Positions 37,246 to 51,185 are shown, numbered from the stretch's first letter. The stretch is 64,000 nucleotides of DNA from Octopus sinensis (GCF_006345805.1 NC_043021.1:8680001-8744000); one strand, 5' to 3'. The notes: generated by a model from the letters alone, not told the origin. A program made the numbers and translations.

Positions 37246-37544
37246 AAAGACGGCTTGAATGGTTTATAATGGATGTTGTCAATTTAGATTATCAAACGTT
37301 TATATTATAATTAGCCAGAGATAGATAAGGAAGAAGAAGACGTGGGGAGGGGTGGGAGCGAGGTAGGTGGATAGCTGGGAGGGTAGGCTGTTAGGGTGGG
37401 TGGGTGGGTGGGTAGGTAGGTAATTAAGTAGGTGGGTGGGTGGACGGGTAGTTAGGGTGGCAAATGAGCAGATAAAAATAGGAATAGTTCGATCGAAGAA
37501 GGTTTGCTGGTGGATCGATGGGTGTATAAATAGATGTGCGCGTG

Positions 37545-37633
37545 TGACTGTATATACATACATGAATACATACATACGTACATACATATATATCTATATA
37601 TATACACACACAATCACACATGCGCATATATAT

Positions 37634-37670
<37 letters not shown>

Positions 37671-37700
37671 ATATACATACATACATATATATATATATTC

Positions 37701-37732
<32 letters not shown>

Positions 37733-38010
37733 TATACACACATACATACACTCACATGTATATATATATGCGTGTATCTATACAAAGGCACATAAACGCG
37801 CGTGTACACAAACACACACACACACATATATATACATACATACATGCATACAATATATACACACTCACATATAAGCGTATATATATGTATGTATATATAT
37901 ATATATATAATATATATATACACACATACACTCACATGTGTATATATGCGTGTATCTATATAAAGGCACATCAACGCGCGTGTACACAGACACATATATA
38001 GGTGCATGTA

Positions 38011-38051
<41 letters not shown>

Positions 38052-38065
38052 ACATCTATGCACAC
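37545..38065. repeat. TA/CA microsatellite with an internal ~80-bp duplicated unit
   Basis: CACTCACATG...AAAGGCACAT..ACGCGCGTGTACAC occurs twice (~37745 and ~37925). Confidence 0.85.
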
Positions 38066-39240
38066 ATATACCGTGAGAAAGAGAGAAAGAAAACAGAGAA
38101 ATACAGAGCGGGGGTGGTGAAGAAGGAGAGAGAGAGAGTGAGAGAAGGAGGAACAGTGTGTGTAGGAGATAAATTGATGGCTATAAATAGGCTCAGAGAA
38201 AAACAAAGATATTGCAACATATAGATATATCTAATATATATATATGCGTGTAAAATATACCAGAAAATTGTATACGCACACACACAGATATATATACCTG
38301 CATACACACGTGGAGATACATACAAATTTAAATATATACATTCATATATATACATACACAAGTGCATAGGTATACACATATATCCGGTTGCGCTTTTGTG
38401 TTCTGCCCCTTTCTCAAATTAAATGTCGGAAATCTCGTGTATATATTTGTTGAAAAGGTTTATTGACTTGAAGATCGTGTTAAATGTAGATATAACACAA
38501 TTTATATATGTTAACAATGAGCACTGATCGATAGATTGGGGTGCCAGGAAAACACAATGGACTTTTGTGATCATTGACAGATAGGCTTAGAAATTTTTAA
38601 GGAATCCTTGAAGGGTAGTATTATACTACGAAGAATATGAGAGAGAGAGAGAGAGAGAGAGGGGGGGAGGAATTGAGTGAGGGGGAGAGAGAGAGATGGG
38701 GGAATGTTGTATTTTTAAAAATTTATTTAAAACATCACTTTACATTTAGTTTATACTAATTTTTGTGAGTGACTGCATTCTCTATCAATCAATCGAATCG
38801 ATCTCGATCGATCGATCAATCAATCAATTTATTTATCTATCTATCTACTTATTATTCCTTTACAAGAAGTGGCCGACACTTCGAAGTTGCTGTCAACAAC
38901 ATTCTTATATAAGAATAATGGATTTATACTCTACAAAAGCACGGGGTAACCCATCAGGTTAATGATGCAAAATTGATTTTTTTTTTATTATAAGTAAACA
39001 TAAAAACAAACATTAATATCTTTCTATCTATCTGTCTGTCTGTTTGTCTGTTTGCTCGTCTATCTCACTCTCATTATACATACATACATACATACATACA
39101 CACACATATATACATAATGTTGGTGTGTGTGTGTGTGTGCATATATATATATATATATATACATATATATATACATATATAGCAAATATGAAAATGGAGA
39201 ACAAATATGTGTTTCATCAACTTTTAGACATAAAATTATG

Positions 39241-39668
39241 GGATCTTTTCGCTTTGACCGGCAGTTTTTTAAAATAATTTCCTCGTAACTAAACACATTT
39301 AAACTTCGTATACTGGTAGAATGTGTTTATAAAACATTATTTTCTCTTGGCTTTATTGAGAAAATTCTATGGTTTGTAAGATATTTGTTGGTTTTTTTCT
39401 TCAATTTCTGCAAGTTCAACCAATCAATGACGTCTATTGAGGTAAAAAAAACATTCTGTACTGTATGAATATGTCCCTCGTTTAAGAAACAGACTGGGTT
39501 TATTTCTGAAGATACCCTACCCCACCCCTAACCCACCCTAACCAGCCCTAACTAACCCTAACCCTAAAGCAGATTGAAATGCAATAGATCGATACTAGGG
39601 TCATAATTATGGGGGACAATTTCATATGACACCGTTAGAAAAAACTGCCGTTCAAACCGAAAATATCC
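39241..39668. mobile_element. MITE with 30-bp GG-terminal TIRs and 8-bp TSD (Merlin-like), containing CCCTAA repeats
   Basis: TIR GGATCTTTTCGCTTTGACCGGCAGTTTTTT and imperfect inverse at 39639-39668; TSD AAATTATG at 39233-39240 and 39669-39676. Confidence 0.82.
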
Positions 39669-39796
39669 AAATTATGTTAACTTATTTATTTATTTACTAA
39701 ACTGATAATTACAATAATATACATACATATAACATATTATTCTTTACATATAAGATATAAGATATAGTAACATACATATATGCATACATACATGGA

Positions 39797-40179
39797 TGGA
39801 AGCACTCCGTCGGTTACGACGATGAGGGTTCCGGTTGATCCGAATCAACGGAACAGCCTGCTCGTGAAATTAACGTGTATGTGGCTGAGCACTCCACAGA
39901 CACGTGCACCCTTAACGTAGTTCTCGGGGATATTCAGCGTGACACAGTGAGTGACAAGGCCGGCCCCTTGAAATACAGGTACAACAGAAACAGGAAGTAA
40001 GAGTGAGAGAAAGTTGTGGTGAAAGAGTACAGCAGGGATCACCACCATCCCCTGCCGGAGCCTCGTGGAGCTTTTAGGTGTTTTCGCTCAATAAACACTC
40101 ACAACGCCCGGTCTGGGAATCGAAACCGTGATCCTATGACCGCGAGTCCGCTGCCCTAACCACTGGGCCATTGCGCCTC
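39797..40179 (-). mobile_element. SINE family C, full length
   Basis: Near-identical to 26765-27145. Confidence 0.88.
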
Positions 40180-40423
40180 TACACACATACATACATACAT
40201 ACATACATACATACATACATACATACATACATACATACAGGCCTACATATCCTGTACCTGTTTTCCGTCAGCAAACTATAAGCTGTTCACTATCCTCGTG
40301 CATGGAGTATACGTAGATATTCCATGACAATAGGATGAACTCGTGGAATGTAGTTGAGCACTACTCGCTTTCGGTTTGCAGATAGGAGAGTTCCATTAGA
40401 AAGGGATTACTATGTATGTATAT

Positions 40424-40627
40424 CTCTTTTCTTTTCTCTTTTACTTGTTTCAGTCATTTGACTGCTGCCATGCTGGAGCAACGCCTTTAGTCGAGCTAAT
40501 CGACACCAGGACTTATTCCATGAAAGCCTAGTACTTATTCTATCGGTCTCTTTTGCCGAACCACTAAGTTACAGGGACCTAAACAACCAAGCATCGGTCG
40601 TCAAGCGATGCTGGGGGGACAAACACA

Positions 40628-40690
<63 letters not shown>

Positions 40691-40841
40691 GATGAGCTTC
40701 TTTCAGTTTCCGTCTACCAAATACACTCACAAGGCCGTGGTCGGCCCGAGGCTATAGTAGAAGACACTTGCCCAAGGTGCCATGCAGTGGGACTGAACTC
40801 GGAACCATGTTATTGGGAAGCAAGCTTTTTGCCACACAACC
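40424..40841 (-). mobile_element. SINE family T (diverged)
   Basis: Family consensus. Confidence 0.8.
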
Positions 40842-40851
40842 CTATATATAG

Positions 40852-41210
40852 GGTGAACGTGCATTGCTCAGTAGTTAGAGCGTCGGGCTTACAATCATGA
40901 TGTAGTGAATTCAACTCCCGACCAGGCTCTGTATTGTGTTCTTAAGCAAGATACTTCATTTCACGTTGCTCCCGTTCACTCAGCTGTAGAAATGAGCTGC
41001 GACGTCACTAGTGCCAAGCTGTATTGGTCCTTGCCTTTCCCTTGGATAACATCGGTGGCATGAAGATGGGAGATTGGTATGCATGGACTTCCACAAAAAT
41101 TGCTGGCCTTCCTCAAAGACAACCTTGCCCAGACTTGTGCCTCGGAGGAGAACTTTGTAGGTGCAATCCCATGGCCATCGATGACCGAAGGTGTCGGGGT
41201 CTTTACACTT
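40852..41210 (+). mobile_element. Old SINE with family B-like head/core and a distinct tail
   Basis: TTGTGTTCTTAAGCAAGATACTTCATTTCACGTTGCTCC..TTCACTCAGCTG is shared with family B; the rest is unrelated. Confidence 0.6.
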
Positions 41211-41212
41211 CA

Positions 41213-41250
<38 letters not shown>

Positions 41251-41315
41251 TTTACTCTTTTACTTGTTTCAGCCATCCGTGTGTGTGTCTGTGTGTGTGT
41301 GTGTGTGTGTGTATA

Positions 41316-41492
41316 GTGATAATTTACAAAAGACGAAGACGGGTGTGTAAACAACAAACAGATGTTTTAGTTTAACGCTCGGGAAATGCGAAAGTCTTTT
41401 ACGTTTCGAACCTACGCTCTTCGACAGAAAGGAACACAGAAAGAAGCATGGAGAGAAAATAGAAAAAATGTTTAGTGGCTAGCGATCCATCA
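41316..41492 (-). mobile_element. Penelope-like terminal fragment with hammerhead-like motif at 41396-41431
   Basis: Minus strand CTTT-CTGTCGA-A-GAGC GTAG GTTC-GAA-ACGT-A-AAAG; same family as 54232-54445; abuts (TA)n. Confidence 0.55.
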
Positions 41493-41502
41493 TACATATA
41501 TG

Positions 41503-41591
<89 letters not shown>

Positions 41592-42796
41592 TGTATATGC
41601 ACATACGTAAATTGATGTATACATAAATTTCTGAAATCTGGTCATGTTTTATGCTATAAATGATTGGAAGAATTTTTATCTTGAATAACTAACCAAAGTT
41701 CCAACTCTAACAAACGAATGCTACATAAATGAACCACGCAACATCAAACAGGGTTTGCTATATCCTCTCATTGTTGAATTGTGATGTTGAAGAGTATTCC
41801 TAAATCCATTATCATATTTATTACTCATTACCATCGAAACTAATGGAATTAATAAATTCTTTCCCTTCAGCTGAGTAAACTCTTAGAATGATTTGCTATA
41901 GATATTCTCCAGGAATCAATAGTTCTTGCGCAAGGTAAGCGAAGTCATGTCTTAATTTCAAGAACATAAATCTCGCTTTTAACGTCTCTAAACGGTGTTG
42001 AGCAAATAGTTCTCACAGAGACAAAACTGTTCCATAAACGATGATCTTTTTTTGCAAATAAAGTTAATGACAAGCTGTTTCTCGTTTAGTGAGACAATAA
42101 ACCATTTGATAGAACCGAGAATTGCCGAAGCTATTAAGGTTAGAGTAATCTTTGCTTATAATATCTCGTCACCAATTACTTTTTATCGGTCATTAGTGGG
42201 GTACCACATTAGTAATTGATTTTTGTTTTTTGTCCTGCTGGCAAAGATCTGCTTACAAGTAATATAACCCTTTTAAAATGTTGTTCATTATGTCCCCTAT
42301 AGAGTTAAAGATCAATTTGTTAATAGTTAAAATGTTGCTTTTCTTCGTCTACTCAATGGGATATAGATATATATTTGGTGGAAAAATACCTTGATACAGT
42401 ATACTGAATTAACAAGTCAAGAACTATTATTGAAATTATTTCAATTGTTGGAAGAATAATGCACACAACAAACGCTTTGAAGTAGCTTAACTATGGAGCA
42501 ACCACGAAGACAAAATATATTATATCATTCTGCTACAGCACAACTCGGTCATTTTTTAACATATGCTGCGATACGTCGTTATTTTCATTAAAAAAAGAAA
42601 GTGTTTGATTGATCTTGAACACACATACACTACATCCCAGTGAACGAAGTACAGTAGCTAAGCCTCTGAGATGAGGATAGTAACAATATAACATCTTGGG
42701 CATATATAATTTTCTACGGCCTCGGTCGAAAGTAACTGCACAGAAGACCGTCGGACGGATTGTATCTGTAATTCAAAGGATATAACCTTGTATCTA

Positions 42797-42852
<56 letters not shown>

Positions 42853-44358
42853 TGTGACGCCGATTTAGCCTGAGAATTACAAGGGTATACTTATTTGTGA
42901 AATGTTCCACCAGTTACCCCTTACTAAAGGTTTAAGGAGCAAGCAATCGCACAACTGAATCCTCCACAATTATAAGGACTACGGAGATTAATACATCTAC
43001 ATTATACACCATATTTGATTTAGACATGTCCGACGCATGTTTCTGCTACATGGACATCAAGCAATTACATTTTCATTCATTTACATTCGTCTGGTTATTA
43101 GTCTTTACAACTTTATTCAAGGCTCAGCCATCACGTAGTCTGAAGCGTGCTAAGAATATCTAGGTTTTTCTAGCATTGTATTTGGTAGATGACTATAGGT
43201 TTAGAGTGTAAGGAATGTGAATGGAAGATTTGGAAACCTGATACAACCATAAAAACCGCTACCGTGTTGACCCTATATTGACCCTAGGTTTAGATTTCAA
43301 ATGAAGATTGCTAGACCTTAAATTAGGTTAGTGTATATTTTTTAGCCACAATCCTTAGGTGGATTAGAGATTAATAATAATAAGTTTCAGAGATATTGCG
43401 TACAGTTACTGGTTACTAATTCAGATATAATTTAGGTATGCAAGACATGTAGAACTTACTTGCGAGACCACCTGAATCTATATTTGTATAAATCAAGTTT
43501 TAATTTGCATGGAAGAATTTTTATATATGTAGTTTTACGTATGGAAAATACTAATTACTACTTGATATAGGCAAAATAGATATTACACTAATATTTACCA
43601 TGTAAACATAAGCACCTCCTATTTACGTAGTGCTTATTTAACTGAAAATATATTTTATTTGCTGTCGGCGAAACCTCTGTCTCTTACCTCCCTTTCAGGC
43701 GTTCATTATCAAATGCGCTCTTTGTTTTCTAAACACAATAGGATGCTATTTGAGAGACATTGATGTTGTTTTCTCGCAGGATGATCACGTGATACTCCAT
43801 CTCAAAGTTAGACATTATGATGTGTTTCTGCTATTTTTATTCTTGTAATTTATTTCTACTAGCAGGATAGGCTATGATACTTAAGTAGAACAGTGCGATG
43901 TCCTATCATGGTTCGCTGTCTGCGATGAAGAATGACTGCGTGAATCAAATTAGAAAACCAATCTCTTTATGCCCATCTCTGTCTCTCATCCTCTCACCTC
44001 TTTCTCTCCCTATCTCTCTCTGTCTCTCTCTGTCTCTCTCTCTCTCTCTCTTTCTCCCTCATACTGATGCCTACAATGACTCGCTTTTGTTTTTGAACGA
44101 TATTTCCACCACAAAGTATATAATAAGATGGCCAAGATGCCGAAAGCAACTTAAATGAAATGTTACGGTGCAAATATGAAAAACCAACTCTTTTAGAAAA
44201 TGATGATAAAAAATTTCTTCATAGCCTGAGTTTACAGATGAAACAATCAGCTTTTAGCGAAAGACTGACATTATTTTATATGACAGACAACAGCTTCAAT
44301 AAACTACATTATGGCTTAGTCACGAAGGATGGGTAGTATCCACGGCCTTCTAACTTTC

Positions 44359-44484
44359 TCATCATCATCATTGTTCGACCGTGGTCGAGACAATGGAATT
44401 TACCATGCTACGCCAGACTTCACGGTCCATCATGGCATTATGGAGGTCCTTTTGCTTGATGCCTGTATCCCTGGAGATTACATC
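44359..44484 (-). mobile_element. RTE-like LINE 3' end with (TGA)n tail
   Basis: DVISRDTGIKQKDLHNAMMDREVWRSMVNSIVSTTVEQ* then TGA repeats; second copy at 58397-58519. Confidence 0.72.
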
Positions 44485-44722
44485 TAACTTTCTAGGTGCC
44501 CCTCAAACTTTTGAAATGTCAGTTTTCTTTAAGGAAAACGACAAAAATGGAAGCAGTGAGGGAGATCTGAGCAAGCTTACGATCGACTCAGTATTATATA
44601 ATACGAATGTTATAATGACTTGTCCAAGTGAAAAGTGATTCTATAATAGGAATGCGTGTAATGTTTAAGTTGTAATCGACACAAAGACATGGGCAGGTTA
44701 CCATGTACTATGAAGTGACATA

Positions 44723-44887
44723 GGCGCAGGAGTGGCTGTGTGGTAAGTAGCTTGCTAACCAACCACATGGTTCCGGGTTCAGTCCCACTGCGTGGCATCT
44801 TGGGCAAGTGTCTTCTGCTATAGCCCCGGGCCGACCAATGCCTTGTGAGTGGATTTGGTAGACGGAAACTGAAAGAAGCCTGTCGCA

Positions 44888-44952
<65 letters not shown>

Positions 44953-45163
44953 GTGTGTGGTGTGTGTGTGTGTGTGTGTATTGCTTGACAACCGATGCTG
45001 GTATGCTTACGTCCCCGTCACTTAGCGGTTCGGCAAAAGAGACCGATAGAATAAGTACTGGGCTTACAAAGAATAAGTCCCGGGGTCGATTTGCTCGATT
45101 AAAGGCGGTGCTCCAGCATGGCCGCAGTCAAATGACTGAAACAAGTAAAAGAGTAAAAGAGAG
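44723..45163 (+). mobile_element. SINE family T
   Basis: Family consensus; part of the 3' module start is deleted. Confidence 0.85.
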
Positions 45164-45385
45164 TTTCTTCATCATACCTCTGCAATCCATTCGCTGATCC
45201 AATTCCATTGTATCTCTGAAGTGCAGTGGAATGGACACGTTATCCTTTAATAAAAATAATGCAGTATTCCAGAACTTACTAATAATTCAAGCTATGAAGT
45301 TTCTGTTCTATGAAGGTTCTGTTTTTTTTAATAGATTACCAATCTTGAACATGTCTTTCTTGAAGAACACACACTTTGTGACGTG

Positions 45386-45387
45386 AT

Positions 45388-45422
<35 letters not shown>

Positions 45423-45775
45423 AAGAAAAAAAGAAAGAAAGAAAGAAGGAAGGAAAGAAGGAATGAATGAAGGAAGGAAGAAAGGAAGGAATGAAGGAAG
45501 GAAGAAAGACAGAAAGGAAGAAAGAAAGGAAGGAAGGGAGAAAGGAAGAAAGGAAGGGAGGAAGAAAGGAAGAAAGAAAGAAAGAAAAGAAGAAAGAAAG
45601 AAAGGAAGAAAGGAAGGAAGAAAGAAGGAAGAAAGAGAAAGAAAGAAAGAAAGAAAGGAAGGAAAAAAGAAAAGAAGACAGGAAGAAAGAAAGGAAGGAA
45701 GAAAGAAAGGAAGAAAGAAAGGAGGGAAGAAAGAAAGAAAGGAAGGAAAGAAGGAAAGAAAGGAAGAAAAAGATG
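45386..45775 (+). repeat. ~390-bp polypurine (GAAA/GGAA)n tract
   Basis: Direct reading. Confidence 0.95.
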
Positions 45776-46316
45776 TTTTAATAAATCGTAGATACATAAG
45801 TAATAGATTTTAAAAAAAACAAAAAAAAACAAAAAAAAAACAAAAAAACCCCAAAACGATAGAAGACACGTTAATCTACTTACAACGTATTGCCTGTAAA
45901 TCGACCATCAATTCGGCCAGGACACAAATACATTCCACAACAACTAAAGCGCAGACCAGGATCAAAACAGGCCGACTGTGAAGAGACTTTAGCGTTTTCG
46001 ATCTGCAACTGTAAAAATAAAAATAAAAATAAAAATAAAAATAAAAATAAAAAAGAAACGGTGAACAACAACAAAGGACTATTTGTGAGTTATCACTGGG
46101 CTGGGTATTTTTTTAATAGAATTGGCTTGAGTCGGTTTTGATTGTCGTAAAAAAAACCCAATGTAACTGATACGATCAGATTTATTTATTTTTTTTAAAT
46201 ATTATTATTATTATTATTATTAAATATTACAATCGATATTACGAGTTAATTTTTTTTTTGTTTTTTTCATCTTTTATGAAAAATATTTCATTCATTTAAT
46301 TATGTAGAGAGGATTT

Positions 46317-46349
<33 letters not shown>

Positions 46350-46371
46350 ATGATAATAATAATTATAATTT

Positions 46372-46598
46372 ATTTCTTTACTACCCACAAGGGGCTAAAC
46401 ACAGAGGGGACAAACAAGGACAGACAAAAGGATTAAGTCGATTATATCGACCCCAGGGCGTAACTGGTACTTAATTTATCGACCCCGAGAGGATGAAAGG
46501 CAAAGTCGACCTCGGTGGAATTTGAACTCGGAACGTAACGACAGACGAAATACCGCTACGCATTTCGCCCGGCGTGCTAACGTTTCTGCCAGCTCGCC
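46372..46598 (-). mobile_element. SINE family A
   Basis: Family consensus. Confidence 0.85.
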
Positions 46599-46684
<86 letters not shown>

Positions 46685-46735
46685 CACTGCTAATGATAAT
46701 AATAATAATAATAATAATGATAATAATAATACAGT
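46598..46735. repeat. (AAT)n/(ACT)n microsatellite
   Basis: Direct reading. Confidence 0.92.
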
Positions 46736-46852
46736 AATACAGTAACCATCAGAGCATCACAACAAATCACAGCACATACCCAAGGCACATAGAGCTGCGC
46801 TCGGTAGTGAAGTGAAAGCACGTTATAAAAATAAAACTACTGAATGATGATG

Positions 46853-46892
<40 letters not shown>

Positions 46893-47049
46893 GGGAGAGG
46901 AGAAGGATTTCTTTTATTTGGCTTCAAGGGTTTATATTGTGGGCAATATAAGTGGCAGAAATACAACACACAAAAAGCGGGGTTACATCGATCAAAAAAG
47001 AAATCAACAACAATAAAGACATATAAAAATATAAACAAAAATTTCAGCG

Positions 47050-47780
47050 AGAAAAATATTCCTCAACAACGTAACACAACGTAACACAAGGTTAACTTCA
47101 AACGAAAAGGGTCCCTTCCCCCACATTACTCTGTCGACTGAACGGCATCAAAGGTGACCTCTCTCAGTTTCTTTATACTTAGAAAAAGCATACCCAAGAG
47201 AGGTCCGTTAAGATTCAGCAGCCTTGTCCTTCGAAGCCTTCTCTCTATAAACACAAGAGAATCCATTGATTCTCTCTTTTATCCTCATTTCTCTCCTCAA
47301 AGTGCTACTCGGAGTAGTTGGTTAGAGCTTGACACAGTAGGAAAATGTCTGTCGTCAAAGCTTTCTGATGAATCCAACACAATAAAAAAAAAACTCTTTT
47401 GCCACAGTCATCCAGCAGAGAAAAAAGGTTCCTTGTTTGCAAAGACTCGATGAACAGCTGGATTTGTCCTGCACAAGACAGCAACTGTTCGACACAAAAC
47501 ACAAACCCAGAATTCCCCAATGCATGGACATTGAACGATAACGTTTCGTTCCACCGGACGCATCTGAACAGGTTTGACTGTTGGCGCTTCTATGCCTGTA
47601 TACCTTGTCTCGAGCAGGTACTGCCTCCTACAGTATTGCCATGCCAAGGAATTTTGAAAGTCGTTTATAGTCCCCCAAACTGGAAGCCTTTTAGAAGAGG
47701 CTTACCAGACCATTTTCTTTGGCGCTGTGTCAATCTTGAGCAACATCTGGTTGTTTGCAATAGATGGATTTCTTGATCAA
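47050..47780 (-). mobile_element. Tx1/L1-clade LINE ORF2 3' fragment, heavily decayed
   Basis: NDFQNSLAWQY motif homologous to the element at 3547-4292. Confidence 0.7.
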
Positions 47781-47949
47781 TAATAATAATAATAATTTCT
47801 TTTATTTGTCACCAGAGTTAAAGATGATGGGGACAACACAAAAACAAACATAAAGTGTGGCAGTGTTTACATATAATTAAATGATAGAAAAACACGAAAA
47901 TATGCAAGTAATAAAACAAAAGTTGCTGTGTGTTGTATACAACAGTAAA

Positions 47950-49910
47950 AGGAGAAAAAAGGGGGAAAAAAGGACGATAGTGATATGGTCTCGTGATATA
48001 GGAGGACTTCTAGGGTTAAACGAGGAATTCCACCATCCAAGATCTCCCTGAATACCAAAGCAAGTACTCTCTCCAATTCTTATTCTCCAAATCACAGATC
48101 TACACTTAGAGCAGTGCCATCCACTTTTTAAATAAATTCACTCGAGAACACCGTTTCCTCTCTACACTCACTTTTCTACCAGAGTGGAATGCCTCTGTCC
48201 TCATTCCTTGCAACCTCGTCCACCAGACAACCTTTTACGCAATCGCCACCAGCGAAAGGAAAACTGCCTTACTTGCCCTATTAAAAGAAGGCAGCAGAGC
48301 AAATATCAGCTGATAGACGGATTCGTTCCACACATTGTCAACTCTACAAGTCAGTTATGTGCGGATATTGAACGTTGTTCTGTGCGCACTTCGGACAAAC
48401 CAATCTGACAGCACGTCCATGTCTGTAGAGTTTATCTTGAACCTGTAGTGCGCCTCGGTACCACTGCCAGGCCAAAGACGCCTGGAAATTAGCCCTGGTT
48501 GTCCCCAACCGGAAAGTCCTGCAGAACAGTCTAGCCAGTTTGTTTTCGTCGACGCCCAGATTCTCCCTAAGAACGTCGTCATATTTTCTTTTCACTAATC
48601 CTCTATATGTGGAGGCGCGTGGCTTAGTGGCTAGGGTGTCAGCATCATCATCGTAAGATTGTAGTTTCGATTCCTGGACCGGGCGATGCGTTGTGTTCTT
48701 GAGCAAAACACTTCATTTCACGTTACCCCAGTCCACTCAGCTGGCAAAATGAGTAACGCTGCGATGGACTGGCGTCCCGTCCAGCTGGGGAACACATACG
48801 ACATTGAAACCGGGAGCCGAGCCCATGAGCCTGGCTAGGCTTTCAAAGAGCGCATTCATTTATTTTTATCCTCTATATATTGCGAGATGGAACGTCCACT
48901 GATCCCATTGTCCGACTGGTACAAATCTGTCAGCGCCTGACGACACTTGAGGTACTAGGCATCCAGTCTCGGTCTCCCTTCACGCAAGACAGCAGCTCCA
49001 TCAAAGACACGAGCTGTAGTCCTGGGTGAACGGGGTTCGTACACATTCACCGTCTAGGAATTGTTGCAGGTGCCGTAACCTGAACGCGTGTCTGCGCATC
49101 AGAAGTCACCATGCAGTGGGTACTGGTAACAGACTGACCGCCTCACAACTGGAACATGTCTCTTCCACCTGAAAATAAATAAGTGATGTTACAAGCTGAT
49201 CAAGAGATAATCGAAGCAGGGCACGGCAGCCATAAATAACGATGAGGGTGATGTAGGCATTCGCCACTTCTGCCCGATCTTTTAGGGACAGCTTTCTCTG
49301 TGCCCATTTCTGGGTAAGACTGGTCACCATGTTCGTCAATTCGGCCCAGTTCTTATCGACCTGGAGTTCGCCACCAAACCAGACTCCAAGCAGTTCAAAT
49401 GGTCCATCAGCTCAGTTGACAACGACGCTTGCTCACGACATCGACTTGCCTCTCCACGTGTCCAGCTACAAGCCTACCGACTTGCCGACGTAGATTCTGG
49501 CACCTGCAACAAACTCTTATTCCTTTAGAATGGTACCGACTGTCTCCATCCCCCAGACACCATGACTGTGACGTCGCCCGTGTACGCCAACACTGCCCTC
49601 TTGTATCCCTGTGCGAAAGGGATGCCCCTCAACTGTTCCCACTTCTGCAACAGTGACTCAAGGTCCAGCACGTACAGAAGGGGCGACAGCAGGCAGCTCA
49701 GACGAACTAAGCGTGCGATGCGAATCGGTTTCGATAGGTAGCCGTTTACTTTGAACACCAAAGCACCAATCTTTGTGCATTGCAGCGATCAGCCCCTGAA
49801 AGCGGGTCCGGAAGCAGTCGTTTTATGGACAGTTTCCAAGTAGAAATGGTCGACCTTAACAAATGGATTGATCCAAACTGATCAGAGCATCACCAAAGCC
49901 AGCTTTAGTC
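47950..49910 (-). mobile_element. Tx1/L1-clade LINE ORF2 remnant (RT to C-terminus), interrupted by a SINE
   Basis: LSPLLYVLDLESLL and AYTGDVTV (degenerate YADD), KWAQRKLSLKDRAEVANAYI, YRGLVKRKYDDVLRENLGVD, FQASLAWQWYRGAL; multiple frameshifts. Confidence 0.8.
48609..48867 (+). mobile_element. SINE family B inserted in the LINE, 11-bp TSD
   Basis: TSD ATCCTCTATAT at 48598-48608 and 48868-48878; tRNA-like head. Confidence 0.88.
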
Positions 49911-49924
49911 CAATAATAATAATC

Positions 49925-49959
<35 letters not shown>

Positions 49960-50093
49960 TGTATTTGAACATACTAATAAGTGGTATGAACATGAACTTA
50001 TAAAGTACTAGTAAGTAAGAAATACAAGATGTGAGACTTTAACATTCAGACTCACAGAGTAATAGAAGCTAGAAGGCCTGATTAATAATAATA

Positions 50094-50138
<45 letters not shown>

Positions 50139-50146
50139 CAATAATG

Positions 50147-50190
<44 letters not shown>

Positions 50191-50221
50191 TAATAATAAT
50201 AATAATGACAATAATGATAAT

Positions 50222-50275
<54 letters not shown>

Positions 50276-50277
50276 TT
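49911..50277. repeat. (AAT)n microsatellite blocks
   Basis: Direct reading. Confidence 0.9.
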
Positions 50278-50279
50278 CA

Positions 50280-50422
50280 AATTTTCACACAAAGTCAGAA
50301 TTTTCGGGGGAGGGATAAGTTGATTAAATTATCCCCAGTACTCAGCTGGTACTTATTATAACGGCAGACGAAATACGGCTACGCATTTCGCCCAGCGTGC
50401 TAACGTTTCTGCCAGCTCGCCC
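50280..50422 (-). mobile_element. SINE family A with internal deletion
   Basis: Head and CTGGTACTTA segments juxtaposed. Confidence 0.7.
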
Positions 50423-51131
50423 TCTTTTATGCCGTATCTTATATCAACGCTGGTATTGTTTAACCCTAGTTAATGCCTGATCGGACAGACCTCTGACGAA
50501 AGCATTCTATTTGTCATTGTCCTCCCTTTTTTCCAATATACAATCCAACGAATGCAGGATCACATAATGCAACATACCGTACTTTTCAGACAAGAGGACG
50601 AGGTTTGAGGAAGACAGAATTGCTATTTCTGTTTGACCGAATGACAAAAATAGATTCCCCTGATTTGCTCGTTCTAATAATGTTATTAATCTTGGTATGG
50701 TTTTAGATTTTATATTTACTTTGATAAAACCAACAGATTTCTGCGAGAGAAAAAAAATGCAGTCCAGAGCAAGCAATTAGAAAAAACTCAATTTTCAACA
50801 GCGGGAAGTTGACAAAGAGAAGAAATAGTTTTCTCCTTTATATTTCATGTCTTAATGTTGGTGAAGAAAATGGGCGCCATCTTAACTAGGTTGTGATATA
50901 TGTGTCGCAGCCACGCAAACATCACTCGTTTATAATAAATACCGAATTGAAAAGGCGGCGATTTTGCTGGGAAGCGAAGTTCTCCATCGACAACGCCACT
51001 ACACCTATCAAATTCCTACTAACTTAATGAAAACCATTTTACTCGAGTACTTTTAAATAGCTTAAAAGCTAAATTGTCTCAGTATATATGCATATGTGTG
51101 TGTATTCATATACATATGTATGTATAGCTAA

Positions 51132-51185
<54 letters not shown>

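Noticed and set aside
42380-42495. Hydrophobic frame LSYFKAFVVCIILPTIEIISIIVLDLLIQY on the minus strand
   Set aside because: Weak donor, wrong phase for direct joining, no clear S1 signature
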